Shown here: one piece after another, positions 40,884 through 54,150 of the stretch
How the letters are laid out: every line of letters begins with the position of its first letter
Position numbering within the stretch: the stretch's first letter is position 1
Assembly (NCBI RefSeq): GCF_006345805.1
Contig: NC_043004.1
Coordinates: forward strand, 49,848,001-49,912,000
DNA: 64,000 nt
Direction: 5' to 3'
From: Octopus sinensis
Taxonomy: Eukaryota
Made by a program: the position numbers and the translations under genes
The notes under the pieces: model-generated
The model's input: the letters and a program-made list of their open reading frames with translations, nothing else
What the model was told of the DNA's origin: nothing
Databases searched by the model: none

Positions 40884-41630
40884 ATAAGTAGATGATAATA
40901 AATAACAATAACAACATAGAACAACAAAATAAGAGCAAAAGAAGGACACCCAAAATAGTGGGATGAAAAACTCACGTAGGGTGATTTAAGGAATCCCCAT
41001 ACAACTTTAGATTACCCCAACACACTGCTGACAAGAGCATTCTATCAGTTCTTGCCGTCAGCCTACGGTCACGTGATTAGTGACGACAAATTTAGCTGTC
41101 ACAATCTTGCCATTGTTACCTACCGCTCATAAAAATATACTGGAGGGCAGCATCTCCTTCTCAAATCTCACCTTCGTCTTCAAGTTGTATGTGATAAAGA
41201 AGGCCAGGCTTGAAAGGAGAATCTCTGCCTTAAAACCTTTCGGTCAACCCCACCAACACAGAATACAACTTCCTTTACTGCAACCACCAGGCTAAGTAAG
41301 ATTGCTTGACCTTTTTGCTAAAAGGAAAGGTGGTCGCTCAATCTTCCCAACATACTCCACCGCTGATAGTCAAGGTCCGAATGATCGCTACCAGAGGCAC
41401 AAAATCCCAATTTGGTTACGAGGTTAAGAATGTAGAGTTCAATGGATTGAATCCCATGCTTGATTGATAATTTACTGAAAAAAATTTGCTGTATAACATA
41501 CTACAACAGCATAAAGAACAACAATAGCATAAAGAACAACAACAGCAAATACTACTACTACTACTACTACTACTAACTACTACTACTACTTATAATAATA
41601 ATAATAATAATAACAACAACCAACAACAAC

Positions 41631-41708
<78 letters not shown>

Positions 41709-41740
41709 ATAATAATAAAAATAATAATAATAATAAAATA

Positions 41741-41950
41741 TTCAGACAAATACATAACAAAAACACCAGGACTTACAAAAACACAATAACATACAGAAAA
41801 TTGCACTACTAGGCACTGCACACATCCTACGCAGAACACTTTCCATACAATAACCATCAGAGCATCACAACAAATCACAGCACATACCCAAGGCACACAG
41901 AGCTGCGCTCGGTAGTGAAGTGAAAGCACGCTATAAAAATAAAACTACTG
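41741..41950 (+). mobile_element. Dong/R4-like LINE extreme 3' end within (TAA)n
   Basis: NIQKIALLGTAHILRRTLSIQ* (stop 41851-41853), short 3'UTR, (AAT)n on both sides. Confidence 0.85.
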
Positions 41951-41964
41951 AATAATAATAATAA

Positions 41965-42021
<57 letters not shown>

Positions 42022-42027
42022 TAATAA

Positions 42028-42237
42028 TCCTTTCTTCCCTTGGTACAAGAACTGAAATCTTGGAGGAGGGGACTAGTCGATTACATCGACATCAATGCGT
42101 AACTGGTACTTAATTTATCGACCCCGAAAGGATGAAAGGCAAAGCCAATCTCGGCGGCGTTTGAACTCAAAACATGCAGACAGACGAAATACCGCTAAGC
42201 ATTTCGCCCGGCGTGCTAACGTCTCTACCAGCTCACC

Positions 42238-42238
<1 letters not shown>
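42028..42238 (-). mobile_element. SINE family B, diverged, within (TAA)n
   Basis: Reverse-complement match including TACTTAATTTATCGACCCCGAAAGGATGAAAGGC. Confidence 0.8.
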
Positions 42239-42296
<58 letters not shown>

Positions 42297-42299
<3 letters not shown>

Positions 42300-42356
42300 G
42301 TCTCTGGGTGAGACTTGGAGCCAACTTGTACAGACAAAAACAAAAGTCAAACATAG
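42297..42356 (+). mobile_element. 60-bp non-repetitive insert in pure (TAA)n, probably a LINE 3' tip
   Basis: GAGGTCTCTGGGTGAGACTTGG...AAACATAG with AAT repeats directly on both sides. Confidence 0.45.
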
Positions 42357-42398
42357 AATAATAATAATAATAATAATAATTAAGTAGTAGTAGTAGTA

Positions 42399-42444
<46 letters not shown>

Positions 42445-42679
42445 GAAGAAGAAGAAGAAGAAGAAGAAGAAGAAGAAGAAGAAGAAGAAGAAGAAGAAGA
42501 AAAAGAAGAAAAAGAAGAAGAAGACTCTTGTCTACTATAAACCCATAAGCATAAGGACTCAAATTTTGGAGAAGGAGATTAATCGATTACATCGACCCCA
42601 GATAGTAATAGAGATAAACACAGTAGGCTTGATATAAATATATTCACATGGAGCATAGAAAATACAGAATAAAAGAACG

Positions 42680-43030
42680 GAATAAGAAAAGAAAATATGT
42701 TATTTCATAACACGACAGTTGTTTCAGGAAGCCCGGGGTTAACGAATTAATCATAATGATCAAGAACCGCAGATGAAATGTGCAAAGAGTCATGGGTATA
42801 TAACTGGAAACTAGGCACATGAACATATTACAATAAGCCCGGCTGCCCTCATCAAGAGAAGATTGAAACCAAACTTATTGTAATATCTTCACGAAACTGG
42901 TTACCGGTTACATACAAATGTATCTTTACAAACTTCATCTGCAACTTATAATTACTATGGTTATTACGTAACTCAGAGCTCCCTGAAACAGCTGTTGAGT
43001 TACGAAATTAGCTATTTTCTTATTTTATCT
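42680..43030. mobile_element. Old degenerate inverted-repeat element
   Basis: ATTTCATAACACGACAGTTGTTTCAGGAAGC (~42703) pairs with GCTCCCTGAAACAGCTGTTGAGTTACGAAAT (~42977-43007). Confidence 0.55.
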
Positions 43031-43172
43031 ATATATGTCTACCCCAATACCACTTAACAACTGGTGTTCGTTTGTTTACATCCCTATCAACAAAAAGGAA
43101 TAGAATAGAATAAGTACCAGGTTTTTAAAATCATAACTATTTGGGTCGCTTAAACATAAGCGATGGAGTAAC

Positions 43173-43222
43173 CACTACTGATGAACTTAAATTCCAAGCG
43201 AAACTAGCCCACTAGTATAGTG
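43173..43222 (+). ncRNA. Compact type I hammerhead ribozyme fold
   Basis: CACTA-CTGATGA-ACTT-AAATTCC-AAGC-GAAAC-TAG-CCCA-CTA-GTA-TAGTG: stem I 5 bp, stem III 5 bp, GUA site. The 10.1-11.1 pair is A.C. Confidence 0.7.
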
Positions 43223-43563
43223 ACCTCGCTCGCTGTGGGGTGGTTATCTCCCCTGTCAGTACATAAACAATGTGCTTTTTTTGGCTATGCGGGTTTTTGA
43301 GTCTTACTCTTGTTTCTGCACACTCAGACACTGTTAGTGACAAATAAATTTTTACATCTTTGTTTTATATTACATCTATCCACCTTCGATATATATATAT
43401 ATATATACAATATAAGAGAGTGTCCACTATGTGGTCGACTCTTGCGCTAAAAATAAATCCACTATGGTCTTCAACCACCAAAATTGTTTCCAAGGAGAAT
43501 TAGCACAACTATTAACGTAAACGAGCGGGGCAAATGCAAAATACCAAAATGTAGATTATTCTA

Positions 43564-43620
<57 letters not shown>

Positions 43621-43633
43621 TATATATGTTATG

Positions 43634-43666
<33 letters not shown>

Positions 43667-43679
43667 GTATTATATCCTT

Positions 43680-44050
43680 TTATTCTTTTACTCGTTTACT
43701 TGTTTCAGTCATTTGACAGTGGCCTTCCTGGAGCACCAACAGTAGTCGAACAAATTGACCCCGTGACTTATTCTTTGTAAGCCTAGTGCTTATCCTATTG
43801 GTCTCTTTCACCGACATGCCAAGTTACGAGGACGTAAACACACCAACATCGGTTGTCAAGCGATGGTGGGAGACAAACACAGACACACAAATACATATAT
43901 ACACACACACACGCACACACGACTGGCTTCTTTCAGCCCGAAGCTATAGCAGAAGAAACATGCCAAAGATGCCACGCAGTAGGACTGAACACGGGGCCGT
44001 GTGATTGGGAAGCAAGGTTCATACAACACAGCTACGCCTGCGCCGATACC
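43680..44050 (-). mobile_element. SINE family A, diverged
   Basis: Reverse-complement match with an internal deletion. Confidence 0.8.
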
Positions 44051-44092
44051 AGTTGTCAATACCAGTTGTCAAGCGGTGGTGGGGGACAAAAA

Positions 44093-44123
<31 letters not shown>

Positions 44124-44124
<1 letters not shown>

Positions 44125-44940
44125 GGGATGCGGTGAATAAACTGTCATCTAAATTATGCAAAAATGAAAATAACACTGACATCTCATTTAAACAGATATA
44201 TTTACCAAAATTACATAAATATCTTGAAATACTAGCGAGTAAATTTATTCAATAAAATGGCCATTGGCTTCAATCACGGCCTCCAGACGACTTCGGAATC
44301 TCCTGCAACTCTTCTGGATGGTCCCCTCGTTCAAGTTGGTGAATGCTGCCATAATCCTTGCTCTCAGTTGTTCTTTGGTGTTACAAGGAGTTTTGTTGGT
44401 CTCTCGCTCAACTGCGCCCCACACATAATAATCAAGGGAGTTGCAGTCTGGGGAGTTAGGTGGCCAGATGTTAGGGGTGATGTGATCGTAGATATTATCT
44501 GACAGCCATGGCTAGGTTCTCCTGCTTGTGTGGCATGGTGCAGTGTCCTATTACCAGACATAGGGTCTTCCAGCAGCCACCCTCTTCACCCAGGGCAGCA
44601 CTACCTCCTCCAGGCACTTGATGTAAGCTTCCGTGTTGAGTCTGAAGCCATGTGGGAAGATGAATGGAGGCATAACATCACCATCCCTAGTGATCACTCC
44701 AAACACCATGATGTTGACTGGATGTTTGATTTTTATCACTTTCGGTACATATTCTGGGGACATGGCAAACCAGCGGTTGCTCTGTTTTCACCATCTGATC
44801 CTGGCAGAAATTTTTCTTGTCTTAGAAAAACCAAAGCATGTTAGGTTGGAGAGGAAGCTTGAGTTTGTTCAAAAGCTTCGTAGCACGGTGTTTCCTCTTG
44901 TCCTTGATAGTTTGGAATAAAAGCTAGCCCTTTCTCATCT
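44124..44940 (-). mobile_element. maT/Bmmar1-type transposon, 3' portion with TIR
   Basis: KIKHPVNIMVFGVITRDGDVMPP...AGRPYVW...WPPNSPDCN.LDYYVWG; TA|CGGGATGCGGTGAATAAACTG end. Confidence 0.85.
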
Positions 44941-44949
44941 TGTATGATG

Positions 44950-45367
44950 AATACCAAATGTCTATGATTGTGTAACTGTTTCCGGAGGGAAACGCAATCT
45001 TTCAGGATGATAATGTACCAATTCACACTGCTAAAGTTGTTACTGAATAGCACGAAGAACATTCTTGTGAAGTTGAACATCTTATCTGGCCACCACAGAC
45101 CCCAGATTTCAATATTATTGAACATTTATGGTCCATTTTAGAAAAACAAGTAAAGAGTCGATATTCCCCACCATCATCACTACAAGAACTGGAGACTGTT
45201 TTAGCTGAAGAATGGACCAAAATTCCTTGGGAAACAATTAAAACTTTGTACGAGTCCATAGCTCGTAGAATTCAAGCAGTAATTACTGCCAAAGGCGGTC
45301 CTTCCCCATATTAAAATAATTTATTTGAAATTTTAAGGCGTTTCTATTATTTTGTTCAACCTCTCTA
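44950..45367 (+). mobile_element. Tc1 transposase C-terminal fragment
   Basis: IFQDDNVPIHTAK...WPPQTPDFNIIEHLW...RRIQAVITAKGGPSPY*. Confidence 0.85.
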
Positions 45368-45382
45368 TGTATATATATGTGT

Positions 45383-45424
<42 letters not shown>

Positions 45425-46230
45425 TGTGTGTGTGTGTCTGTGTGTGTGTCTGTGTGTGTGTGTGTGTCTGTGTGTGTGTGTATAATTAAATATAGACTAC
45501 CTATCATTAATCAAATTCGGCTTTACTCTTATCGAACTTGATTAAGATCAAGCACTTTCTAATTGTGACCATTCAAACTTAGTGTCCTATTTACATTTAA
45601 AATGTGAAAGATGTTATTTCAGAGATATTTTATTCTTCTTTCTAGCAAGTCAAGAAACCACGTGATGGTTCTTCTTTTCAGCTTGAGGCTCCAAGATTTT
45701 ACGCAATGCTGCTGGTGTTGACATTGTTGACGCTGGTGAGGTTGTTAGTATTGGTGTTTGAGGAGATACGTGGAGAGGCCAACTGCCCTATTGCCCCATT
45801 AAGAAATTATTTACGTCTCCATTCATAACAATTCTCAGCATTCCCGTCTCCACAGGAACCGATAAGAAGCCACACTCGATCGCTTCAAGTGAGTGGAGTC
45901 ATGTGGCTGAGAGCATTCAGCAACGCATTTTGCGTTAAACAACTTCCAACAGTTGGGGGTCTTTTAAACACACTGATCTCATTAACTACCCACACTTTCA
46001 TTTTATACATTCTTCCTATTCGTATGTATTCGCTTTTCATTCTATTATCTTTCTGGCTTCAGTCCCTAGACAAAGGTCGTGCTGGGGTATTGCCTTCAAG
46101 CGTTTAGTTGATCATATCGACCGACCCCAGTACTTATGTCTGTTTGGTACTTAACTCTGTTGACGATATATAAGAAAAGTTGCAGGTGTTATGAACCATA
46201 CGGACTTCATAAGTAACACACACACGCACG

Positions 46231-46332
<102 letters not shown>

Positions 46333-46445
46333 TATGTATGTATATATGTATTTTTAAATAGAGATATATAGATAGATATATACATGCTCATATATTTATA
46401 CAAACATACATACATACATCATACATACATACATACATACATACA

Positions 46446-46479
<34 letters not shown>

Positions 46480-46533
46480 CATACATACACACATGCAAAC
46501 ATATATATTCGGATCTCCTCAGTTTCACTCACA

Positions 46534-46915
46534 TTTGGGTAATTTCAACCAATCAACGACGTGTATTCAGCTGAAGAAAGTTACTGCTGCATGCGATCGT
46601 AAACGAAGAGCAACAACTTCCGCGTCATCTCTACTAAATGTCACCACTTTATTTTATTTTTGTTTACTGCCTGTGTTGCATATTACACACTTTCTTTCCT
46701 TTTTTTTTTTTTTTGCAAATGTACAAAGAGGCGATCAAAAGTCGAACACAAAAAGCGTGTAATATGCAACACAGGCAGTAACAAAAATAAAATAGAATAG
46801 AGTGGTGACATTTAGGAGAGATGACCCAGTAGTTGTAGCTCTTCGTTTACTATCGCATACAGCAGTAGCTTTCTTCAGCTGAATAAACGTCGTTGATTGG
46901 TTAACATTACCCTAA
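46534..46915. mobile_element. MITE-like inverted-repeat element
   Basis: AACCAATCAACGACG...TGTTGCATATTACAC pairs with GTGTAATATGCAACA...CGTCGTTGATTGGTT; arms about 150 bp. Confidence 0.8.
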
Positions 46916-47843
46916 TATGACAACTTTAACACGAAATTTGTCAAAAATGTTCGAAGTAAACCGTGTTCAGCGTGAGAAATTACACCAGTATACTAAGTTT
47001 CAAACTGTTTAGTTTAAAAAGATAATTAAAAAAATCTTTGAGCGAAACTGAAGAGATCCATATATTCATATATATGCATGCATAGATACGTACATACACT
47101 CATGTATACATGACTTTTCTTCTTACTCTCTCTTTTTTCCTTTGCTTTCTTTTCCTTTCTCATCTTTCTTCTTTCCTGTCTCTTTGTATCTGCGAATCAT
47201 TCAAATTTAACACTTACTTCGATTAAACAGGGGAATGGTAATAGTAATTCAAGCAATAGTAATATTTTCATAGCATTTCCGTTTGTGGCGGGAGTAAGTG
47301 CCAAGGTCTAAAAGTGCTATCTTATCAGAGATGAGTTTGTGTTGTAACAGGTCAAGAAATTTGTTATCGTGAGTTAGTTGAAATATTTTATCGTTGAAGC
47401 AAACTGGTAAGTTTCTTTGTACTGTGATTCTTACATGGCGAACGAGAAAAATCTCAATAGCACATTTGAAGTGGAAGTTGGATTGCTTAAATCAAACTAG
47501 AACAAAAAAACTCATAAAGTGTTGTAGTATGTCACGAGCGTTGATGATTTTATCTGTATTGAGCGTATACCCAAGAACTTTTGCTACCGACTGCCAAACG
47601 CACAGAAACTACTTTATTAATTACTATCTGTTTATTGAAACGATGCGACTGTGAAAATCTATAAAAGCTAATGAATTAATGGGTTAGGGAAAGCTATTGC
47701 CTTAAACAAAACATTAAAGGTTAATAAGCAAACACAAAAAGTACTTATTAAAGATCAGACCTGCAGACAATCGTCTGTAATATAATCATGGGAAGAAGTC
47801 ACGTTCCCTATTCATAAAAACTCCTATATATCAATATGCCAGT

Positions 47844-47941
<98 letters not shown>

Positions 47942-48704
47942 GTCAGTCTGTCTGTTAATCTGTTTGTCTGTTTGTCTGTCTGTTTGTCTGTCTGTCTCCC
48001 CACAGCTCTCTCTGTATCTCTCTGTCTCTATATATATATGCATTCGCACATGCATCCACACATATGCATAAAATAAGCAAACGCACACACACGGTCATGT
48101 TCATTAATTTGAAGCTTATACATACATGCATGCATACATGCATGCATACATACATACATACATACATACATAGGTGTATGCATATCTAAGTATTTACATG
48201 TGGAAGTGTGTATAAAACTTTTTCTCGTTCTCTGTGTATGTGTGTGAGTGTATTAACACACACACACGCATGCACACATACGCACACACACGCACCATTC
48301 AAGTACATACGCAAATAACAGATCTATGAAGATGTTTATGAAATGTCATCATTTACTTTCTCATCGATATCATAAACAAGTTTATACAGACAGACACACA
48401 CACACACACATAGATATGTAAATATACTGACATATAAATACATACACATGCACATATACACTCACAGATAGATAGGCACATAGGCATATACATACACATA
48501 CACACACAATGAATGCTTTTCAGCAATAAATGTATCCTAACTTGTTTCATCAGAAATCAATTAATTAGTTTGACATATATACGCTGCTTTTATCTACGAT
48601 ATCGTTTTCTTCGGATCTGTGTGCGTTCTCCGTCTGTATACGTGTGCGTGTTTATGGGTGTGTGCGCGTGTGGTTTCACGCATTTCTTTTATTTGTTTTT
48701 TTTT

Positions 48705-49072
48705 CTTTTACTTGTTTCAGTCATTTAACTGCGGCCATGCTGGAGCATCGCCTTTAGTCGAACAAATCGAACCCAGGAATATACTTTGTAAGCCTAGTAC
48801 TTATTCTATCGGTCACTTTTGCCGAACCGTTAAGTTACAGCGACGTAAACACCAGCATCGGTTGTCAAGCGATGGTGGACACATACACACACACACAAAC
48901 ACATACGAGATGCTTCTTTCAGTTTCCGTATATCAAATCCACTCATAAGGCTTTGGTCGGCCCGAGGCAAGCTAAAGCGGAAGACACATGCCCAAGATGC
49001 CCCGAAGTGGGACAGAACCCGGAAGCATTTGGTTGCGAAACAAGCTTTTTACCACACAGCCACTCCTGCATC
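48705..49072 (-). mobile_element. SINE family A
   Basis: Reverse-complement match. Confidence 0.85.
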
Positions 49073-49289
49073 TATTAGGTATACATATTAATTTTCACAA
49101 GGAAAAACTAAGAGTGACTTCGACTTTATCAGACTGTGTAGGCGAACCAGGTGAGAACTTTGAAGTCACTATAAAATATTTCCATGCAAATTTAATAAAA
49201 ATATTCTCTGAGGAAAGACTTTGAGTAATCTTTCAGTCTAGCGTTAATTTTTTTTATATATAACTTGACATAAACACGAACACAGATAT

Positions 49290-49672
49290 ACGCGTAGCTG
49301 TAAGGGTAAGAAATTTTTCTTCCCAACAACAGTTTCGGCTTCGGTCCCACTGTGTAGCACCTTGGGCATTTATCTTTTGCTATAGCCCCGGGCTGACCAA
49401 AGCCTTGCGTTTGTATTTCGTAGACGGAAACTGAAAGAAGTCCGTCGTGCACACACACACACGAGTGTGTGTGTGTGTGTTTGTCCCCTAACACTGCTTG
49501 ACAACCGGTGTTGATTTGTCTACGTCCCCGTCACTTAGCGGTTCGGCAACAGACACCGACAGAACAAGTACCGGGCTTTAAAAACTAAGTATTGGGGGCA
49601 ATTTGCTTGACTATGTCCTTCAAGGCAGTGCCCCAGCATGGTCACAATCCAAAAGACTGAAATAAGTAAAAG
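49290..49672 (+). mobile_element. SINE family A, diverged
   Basis: Colinear with family A. Confidence 0.8.
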
Positions 49673-49699
49673 ATATAAATATTATATACAGACATGCGT

Positions 49700-50010
49700 A
49701 TGTATTTCGAAAGAAGTCAGAAACTTTCGAGGGTGTTCTTCGAATGTGAATCTCGGAACAAATCAAGCTACAATTCGACTTTTTTCTATTCTTAGAACGC
49801 ATGTCATGTTTGCAGGAGAAGTAGGTTCGTATCCAACGGGCACCCGTCGGGATTCCTTTTATCCAAAGAGACCACAGGGAAACTCAGAGTTCCCCTGCAA
49901 CAGAGTTTTGTTTCATGTTTTTTTTCTTCTCTTTTCCAGGTTATTTCGCATGTTTTCAACGAATGTGACATCGAAATCACGTGTAAACGGCTCTTTTCTC
50001 CAAGAAAAGG
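49700..50010 (-). mobile_element. Probable highly decayed mariner N-terminal relic
   Basis: VENMRNNLEKRRK and GARWIR resemble the mariner HTH-to-ARWVP region. Weak match. Confidence 0.35.
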
Positions 50011-50014
50011 AAAG

Positions 50015-50130
50015 ATTTGGCTGCTATTTCTTGCACGCCCTGCTGCCACGTAACAGTTATTTAGGGCCCTTTATCGCAAATAGCTGTTATGTGGTAGCAG
50101 GGCGTGCAAAAGTAGCAGCTAGATCTTTGG
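50015..50130. repeat. Short hairpin, ~50-bp arms
   Basis: GATTTGGCTGCTATTTCTTGCACGCCCTGCTGCCACGTAACAGTTATTT pairs imperfectly with AAATAGCTGTTATGTGGTAGCAGGGCGTGCAAAAGTAGCAGCTAGATC. Confidence 0.8.
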
Positions 50131-50299
50131 AGGTGAGATACGTTGAATACACACGAAAAACTATTTCACACTGAGGCTACGAATGGGTCTTTTACGAAAT
50201 ATTTACCGTCTTTTTAAAGTCATTTTCACTTTAGAATATTTTTTAAATATGCCAAAAATAATTTTCGTAATGGTATTCACTTGAAAATAATTAAAAACC

Positions 50300-51330
50300 A
50301 CATTAAAATATTGTCTGTTGAAAGAAAACTAAAACATAAATACTTACTGGTTTTCGTATTTTTCTGTCAAGATCACATATTCCAGGAATTGACCAGTTAA
50401 TAATATTGAAACTGTAAGTCACGATCGGTATGGCAAAGCTATTGATCGTTTCCATCCTGTTTCTAGTATTCAGTTTTGTCTTGAGTATTGGCCTTAGCCT
50501 ACGATGACATTCTTTTCTGATCTTTTCTTTCATCATTGAATGTTTGATTCCATTACCTTGAAATACCCCTACGAATTTGTAGCACTCTCCTGGTTCTAAT
50601 TCCTTTATGACATTCTATTGGTCAAAATTTTTATCACTGGGTGTTTTTATCATTTTCCCTCTGATAAAAATAGCTTTTGCACATTTATCGGGGCCAAATT
50701 CCATCCTGATGTCATCATTGAACAGTTTAACAATTGCTAGTAAGCCCTGCAGCTGTTGGTCATTTTTTGCCAAGAGCTTTAAATCATCCGTGTAAAAGAG
50801 ATGAGTCATATTTTTATCAAAAATTTTATAACCATATTGTACATCATCGAGCAATTTTGAAAGAGATATTAAGGCTAGACAAACAAGGAATGGTGATAGA
50901 GAGTTACCCTGGAAAATTCTTACATCTCCAACATTGAAAGATTCATAGTCACTGTTCAAAGTCAGTGTGGTTCTTCATGATCTCATACTTACAGATAAGA
51001 AGCTTCGCAGAGTAGGTGCTATTTTATAAATTTCCATGTGGTAGACTATCAAAAGCATTTTTATAGTCTATCCAGGCTATCAACAAGTCCTTGTGTTGTT
51101 TGCGACAATCTTCCAAGATCATCTTATTGATGAGTAGCTGATCTTTACAACCAGAGGACCCACGTTTACATCCTTTTTGCTCATTAGGGAAGATGCCACT
51201 TTTTATTAAAAAACTACAGGTGTATTCAGTCAAGACAGATGTTAGTGATTTATATATTGTTGTTAAGCAGGTTATGGGTCTACAAATTCTGTTGAGATCT
51301 TTTGGAAGAATAACACGTAAATAACCTAAC
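50300..51330 (-). pseudogene. R4/Dong-like LINE reverse transcriptase fragment
   Basis: RPITCLTTIYK, EQKGCKRGSSGCKDQLLINK, AWIDYKNAFDSLPH, IFQGNSLSPF, HLFYTDDLKL, MEFGPDKC. Confidence 0.9.
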
Positions 51331-51439
51331 GAGATGTCCTTTCTATGTTTTACTCTTCTGACGAGATTTTTCCCCCCAAAATGTTTTAATTACTGGAATT
51401 TAATTCGTTTGGGCATGTGCATTGTTTTTGATTTTGTCA

Positions 51440-52495
51440 ACTACACAGTATAGTAGGGACAGTAGGGCATCATCTGTGAGAAAAACAGCACCATGATGCA
51501 ATTTGCTCTGCTAGAAATTTGGAAACGACATGCTGTAGTGTTTGGCATTTGCGCTGTAATCATCAATATGAACATTTCAGAGTGTCTGAGCGTGGATCTG
51601 AGGACAGTGCAATCTGAGGACATGTAGCGAGAGTGATGAAAATCAAACATCAAGTCAACATCATTGTCTTTGGAGGGAGTTGCAGTTTGGGGAGTCAGGT
51701 GGCCAGATGTTAGGGGTGATGTGATCGCAGATATTGTGTGACAGCCATGACTAGGTTCTCCTGCTTGTGTGGCATGGTGCTGAGTCTTATTGCCAGACAC
51801 AGTGTCTTCCAACAGCCACCCTCTTCACCCAGGGTGGCACTAACTTCTCCACGCACGCACACACACACACTAGTGATGGCGACGTTATGCCTCCATCCAT
51901 CTTCCCACACGGCCTCACACTCAACATGGAGGCTTGCAACAAATGCTTGGAGAAGTTAGTGTCACCCTGGGTGAAGAGGGTGGCTGTTGGAAGACACTGT
52001 GTCTGGCAATAAGACTCAGCACCATGCCACACAAGCAGGAGAACCTAGTCATGGCTGTCACACAATATCTGCGATCACATCACCCCTAACATCTGGCCAC
52101 CTGACTCCCCAAACTGCAACCCCCTTGATTATTATGTGTGGGGCGCAGTTGAGCGAGAGACCAGCAAAACTCCTTGTAACACCAAAGATGAACTGAAGGC
52201 GAGGATTATGGAAGCATCCACCAACTTAAACAAGAAGACCCTCCAGAAGAGTTGCAGGAGATTCCGAAGTCGTCTGGAGGTCGTGGTTGAAGCCAATGGC
52301 GATTTTATTGAAGCCAATGGCGATTTTACTCTAAGCGAAAACATAAAATTCCCAGTAATCTTTTTGAATAAATTTACTCTTTATTATTGCAAGATATTTA
52401 TGTAATTTTGGTAAATACATCTGTTAAAATGAGAATCGGCGTTTTTTTTTCATTCTTGCGTAATTTAGATGACAATCTATTCACCTCACCTTCTG
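51440..52495 (+). mobile_element. Rearranged maT/Bmmar1-type transposon
   Basis: Putative N-terminus (MMQFALLEIWKRHAVV), internal deletion, inverted insert at 51675-51851, C-terminus, and right TIR ending CACCTTCTG|TA. Confidence 0.85.
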
Positions 52496-53135
52496 TATGT
52501 GTGTGTGTGTGTGTATGTGTGTGTGTGTGTGTGTGCGTGCATGTGCGGGTGTGTATTTTATAAACACATGCACTCACGCACGCACACACACATATATACA
52601 TACACACAAAGTGTTTCGTTTATGGGAGGATACCAACTAAGTACTCTAGCGAAAGATAAATAACAATCAATAAGCAATATGCACAGCATTTAACTCCTAC
52701 GTATATCAAATTATATACATACATATATAGTGTTATAGTGCATGTATATTTATATATATGTATATATACATGTATATATATAAACACATATATATATATA
52801 TATTTCTACATATTTATATACATATATATATCACACAAACATATATATATAATATATATCTATATATCTATATATATTATATATATATATGATATATAAT
52901 ATATATATATATATATATGTGGGTGTGTGTGTGGTGTATATATATATATATATATCTCCATACATAATAACAGGAATGACCACTAAAGTGGACACCAAAT
53001 ATACTAAACTTAAGATGTCAAATCGCTAAGCCACTGGTTTTAATGATTAATATCGATTCCTACCCTTATTTCATATTATATTATAATTATATATATATAA
53101 TATATATATTATATATATATATATATATAGATATA

Positions 53136-53177
<42 letters not shown>

Positions 53178-53311
53178 GCATGTACGCATATATGTGCATA
53201 TGTCTTTGCGAAAAATCGTTGCACATAGCCTTCACGAATTATGTATTTGTATATAGATATATGTATATACGTGTATATATACATTCATGTATGCCTACCT
53301 ACTGACATACG

Positions 53312-53345
<34 letters not shown>

Positions 53346-53408
53346 CATATATACATGCACAGATACACACATATATGGTGGCTGCCCCCTCGTTATCAAG
53401 TATGGCCA
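52324..53408. repeat. Left arm of a ~1.1-kb inverted duplication
   Basis: Reverse complement of 57288-58394 across unique segments; microsatellite lengths differ between arms. Confidence 0.9.
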
Positions 53409-53934
53409 TTGCATGAAGCTTAATCAATGTTGTTATCGTGCAATGCCTGTGCAAGAAGATTTTTTTTAAAGTGAGGAAAGGCAGTGCACTGAGTCAATCC
53501 CACTCATTAAGCAACAGCAGCCACAATCCGAAAAGAAGAACAAGTCAACACCATCGGTAACCACTGAGCCGCAGGTTTTATGTCGGATTTATTCCAGTTA
53601 CCTAAGTTACCTTCTCCTAGAAGGATGCCCTAACAAAGGCTAGGAGTCTTTCAATCCCAATGGTTTAACCGCGCGATCGGGTATTCAGTCCGATTATTTC
53701 TATATCCCCGCGCATGATACATCCTTAAGACATTTATTGGATGGCCGTTGACTCTCAAGAGTTCCTCCGCCCTTTGACGGGTTTTGTTTTTCATTCCGTA
53801 GGGTGTCCAATAAACACTCTCCTCACCAAGCAAGCTTAGTGGGGTTGCCGGTTTAGTCGCCGACGACCCGACCATGCAACAGGTTGTACTGGGTTACACT
53901 TTACCAGTAGCTCTCGAAAGTGACCTGACATTAC
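53409..53934 (-). mobile_element. Probable RTE-like LINE 5'UTR fragment
   Basis: Minus strand contains CTAGGAGAAGGTAACT (53605-53620), recalled as an RTE 5'UTR motif; begins just after (TATG)n. Confidence 0.5.
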
Positions 53935-54045
53935 ATATATACATACATACATACTTACATACATGTGTGTGTATATATTATATATATATATATAATATAT
54001 ATATAATATATGTACACACACACACACACACAAATACATACATAC

Positions 54046-54089
<44 letters not shown>

Positions 54090-54092
54090 ATT

Positions 54093-54150
54093 TCTATATA
54101 GTAAAAGTGAAATTCTGTCTGTCTGGGACCCCTGCATCTTATTCACTCTA
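54093..54150 (+). mobile_element. Short Helitron-like 5' end
   Basis: TCTATATAGTAAAAGTGAAATTCTGTCTGTCTG. Confidence 0.4.

Noticed and set aside
42966-43004. GTAACTC...GAAACAGCTGTT-GAGTTAC resembling hammerhead stems I and III
   Set aside because: No CTGANGA core between the stems.
47351-47406. Possible 56-nt exon bounded by AACAG and GTAAGT
   Set aside because: Stops in all three frames and no supporting neighbours.
49940-50132. Apparent exon (strong pyrimidine tract plus CAG, AG|GTGAGA donor)
   Set aside because: 193 nt, overlaps a hairpin repeat and a probable antisense mariner relic, and has no partner exons. Non-coding use cannot be excluded.
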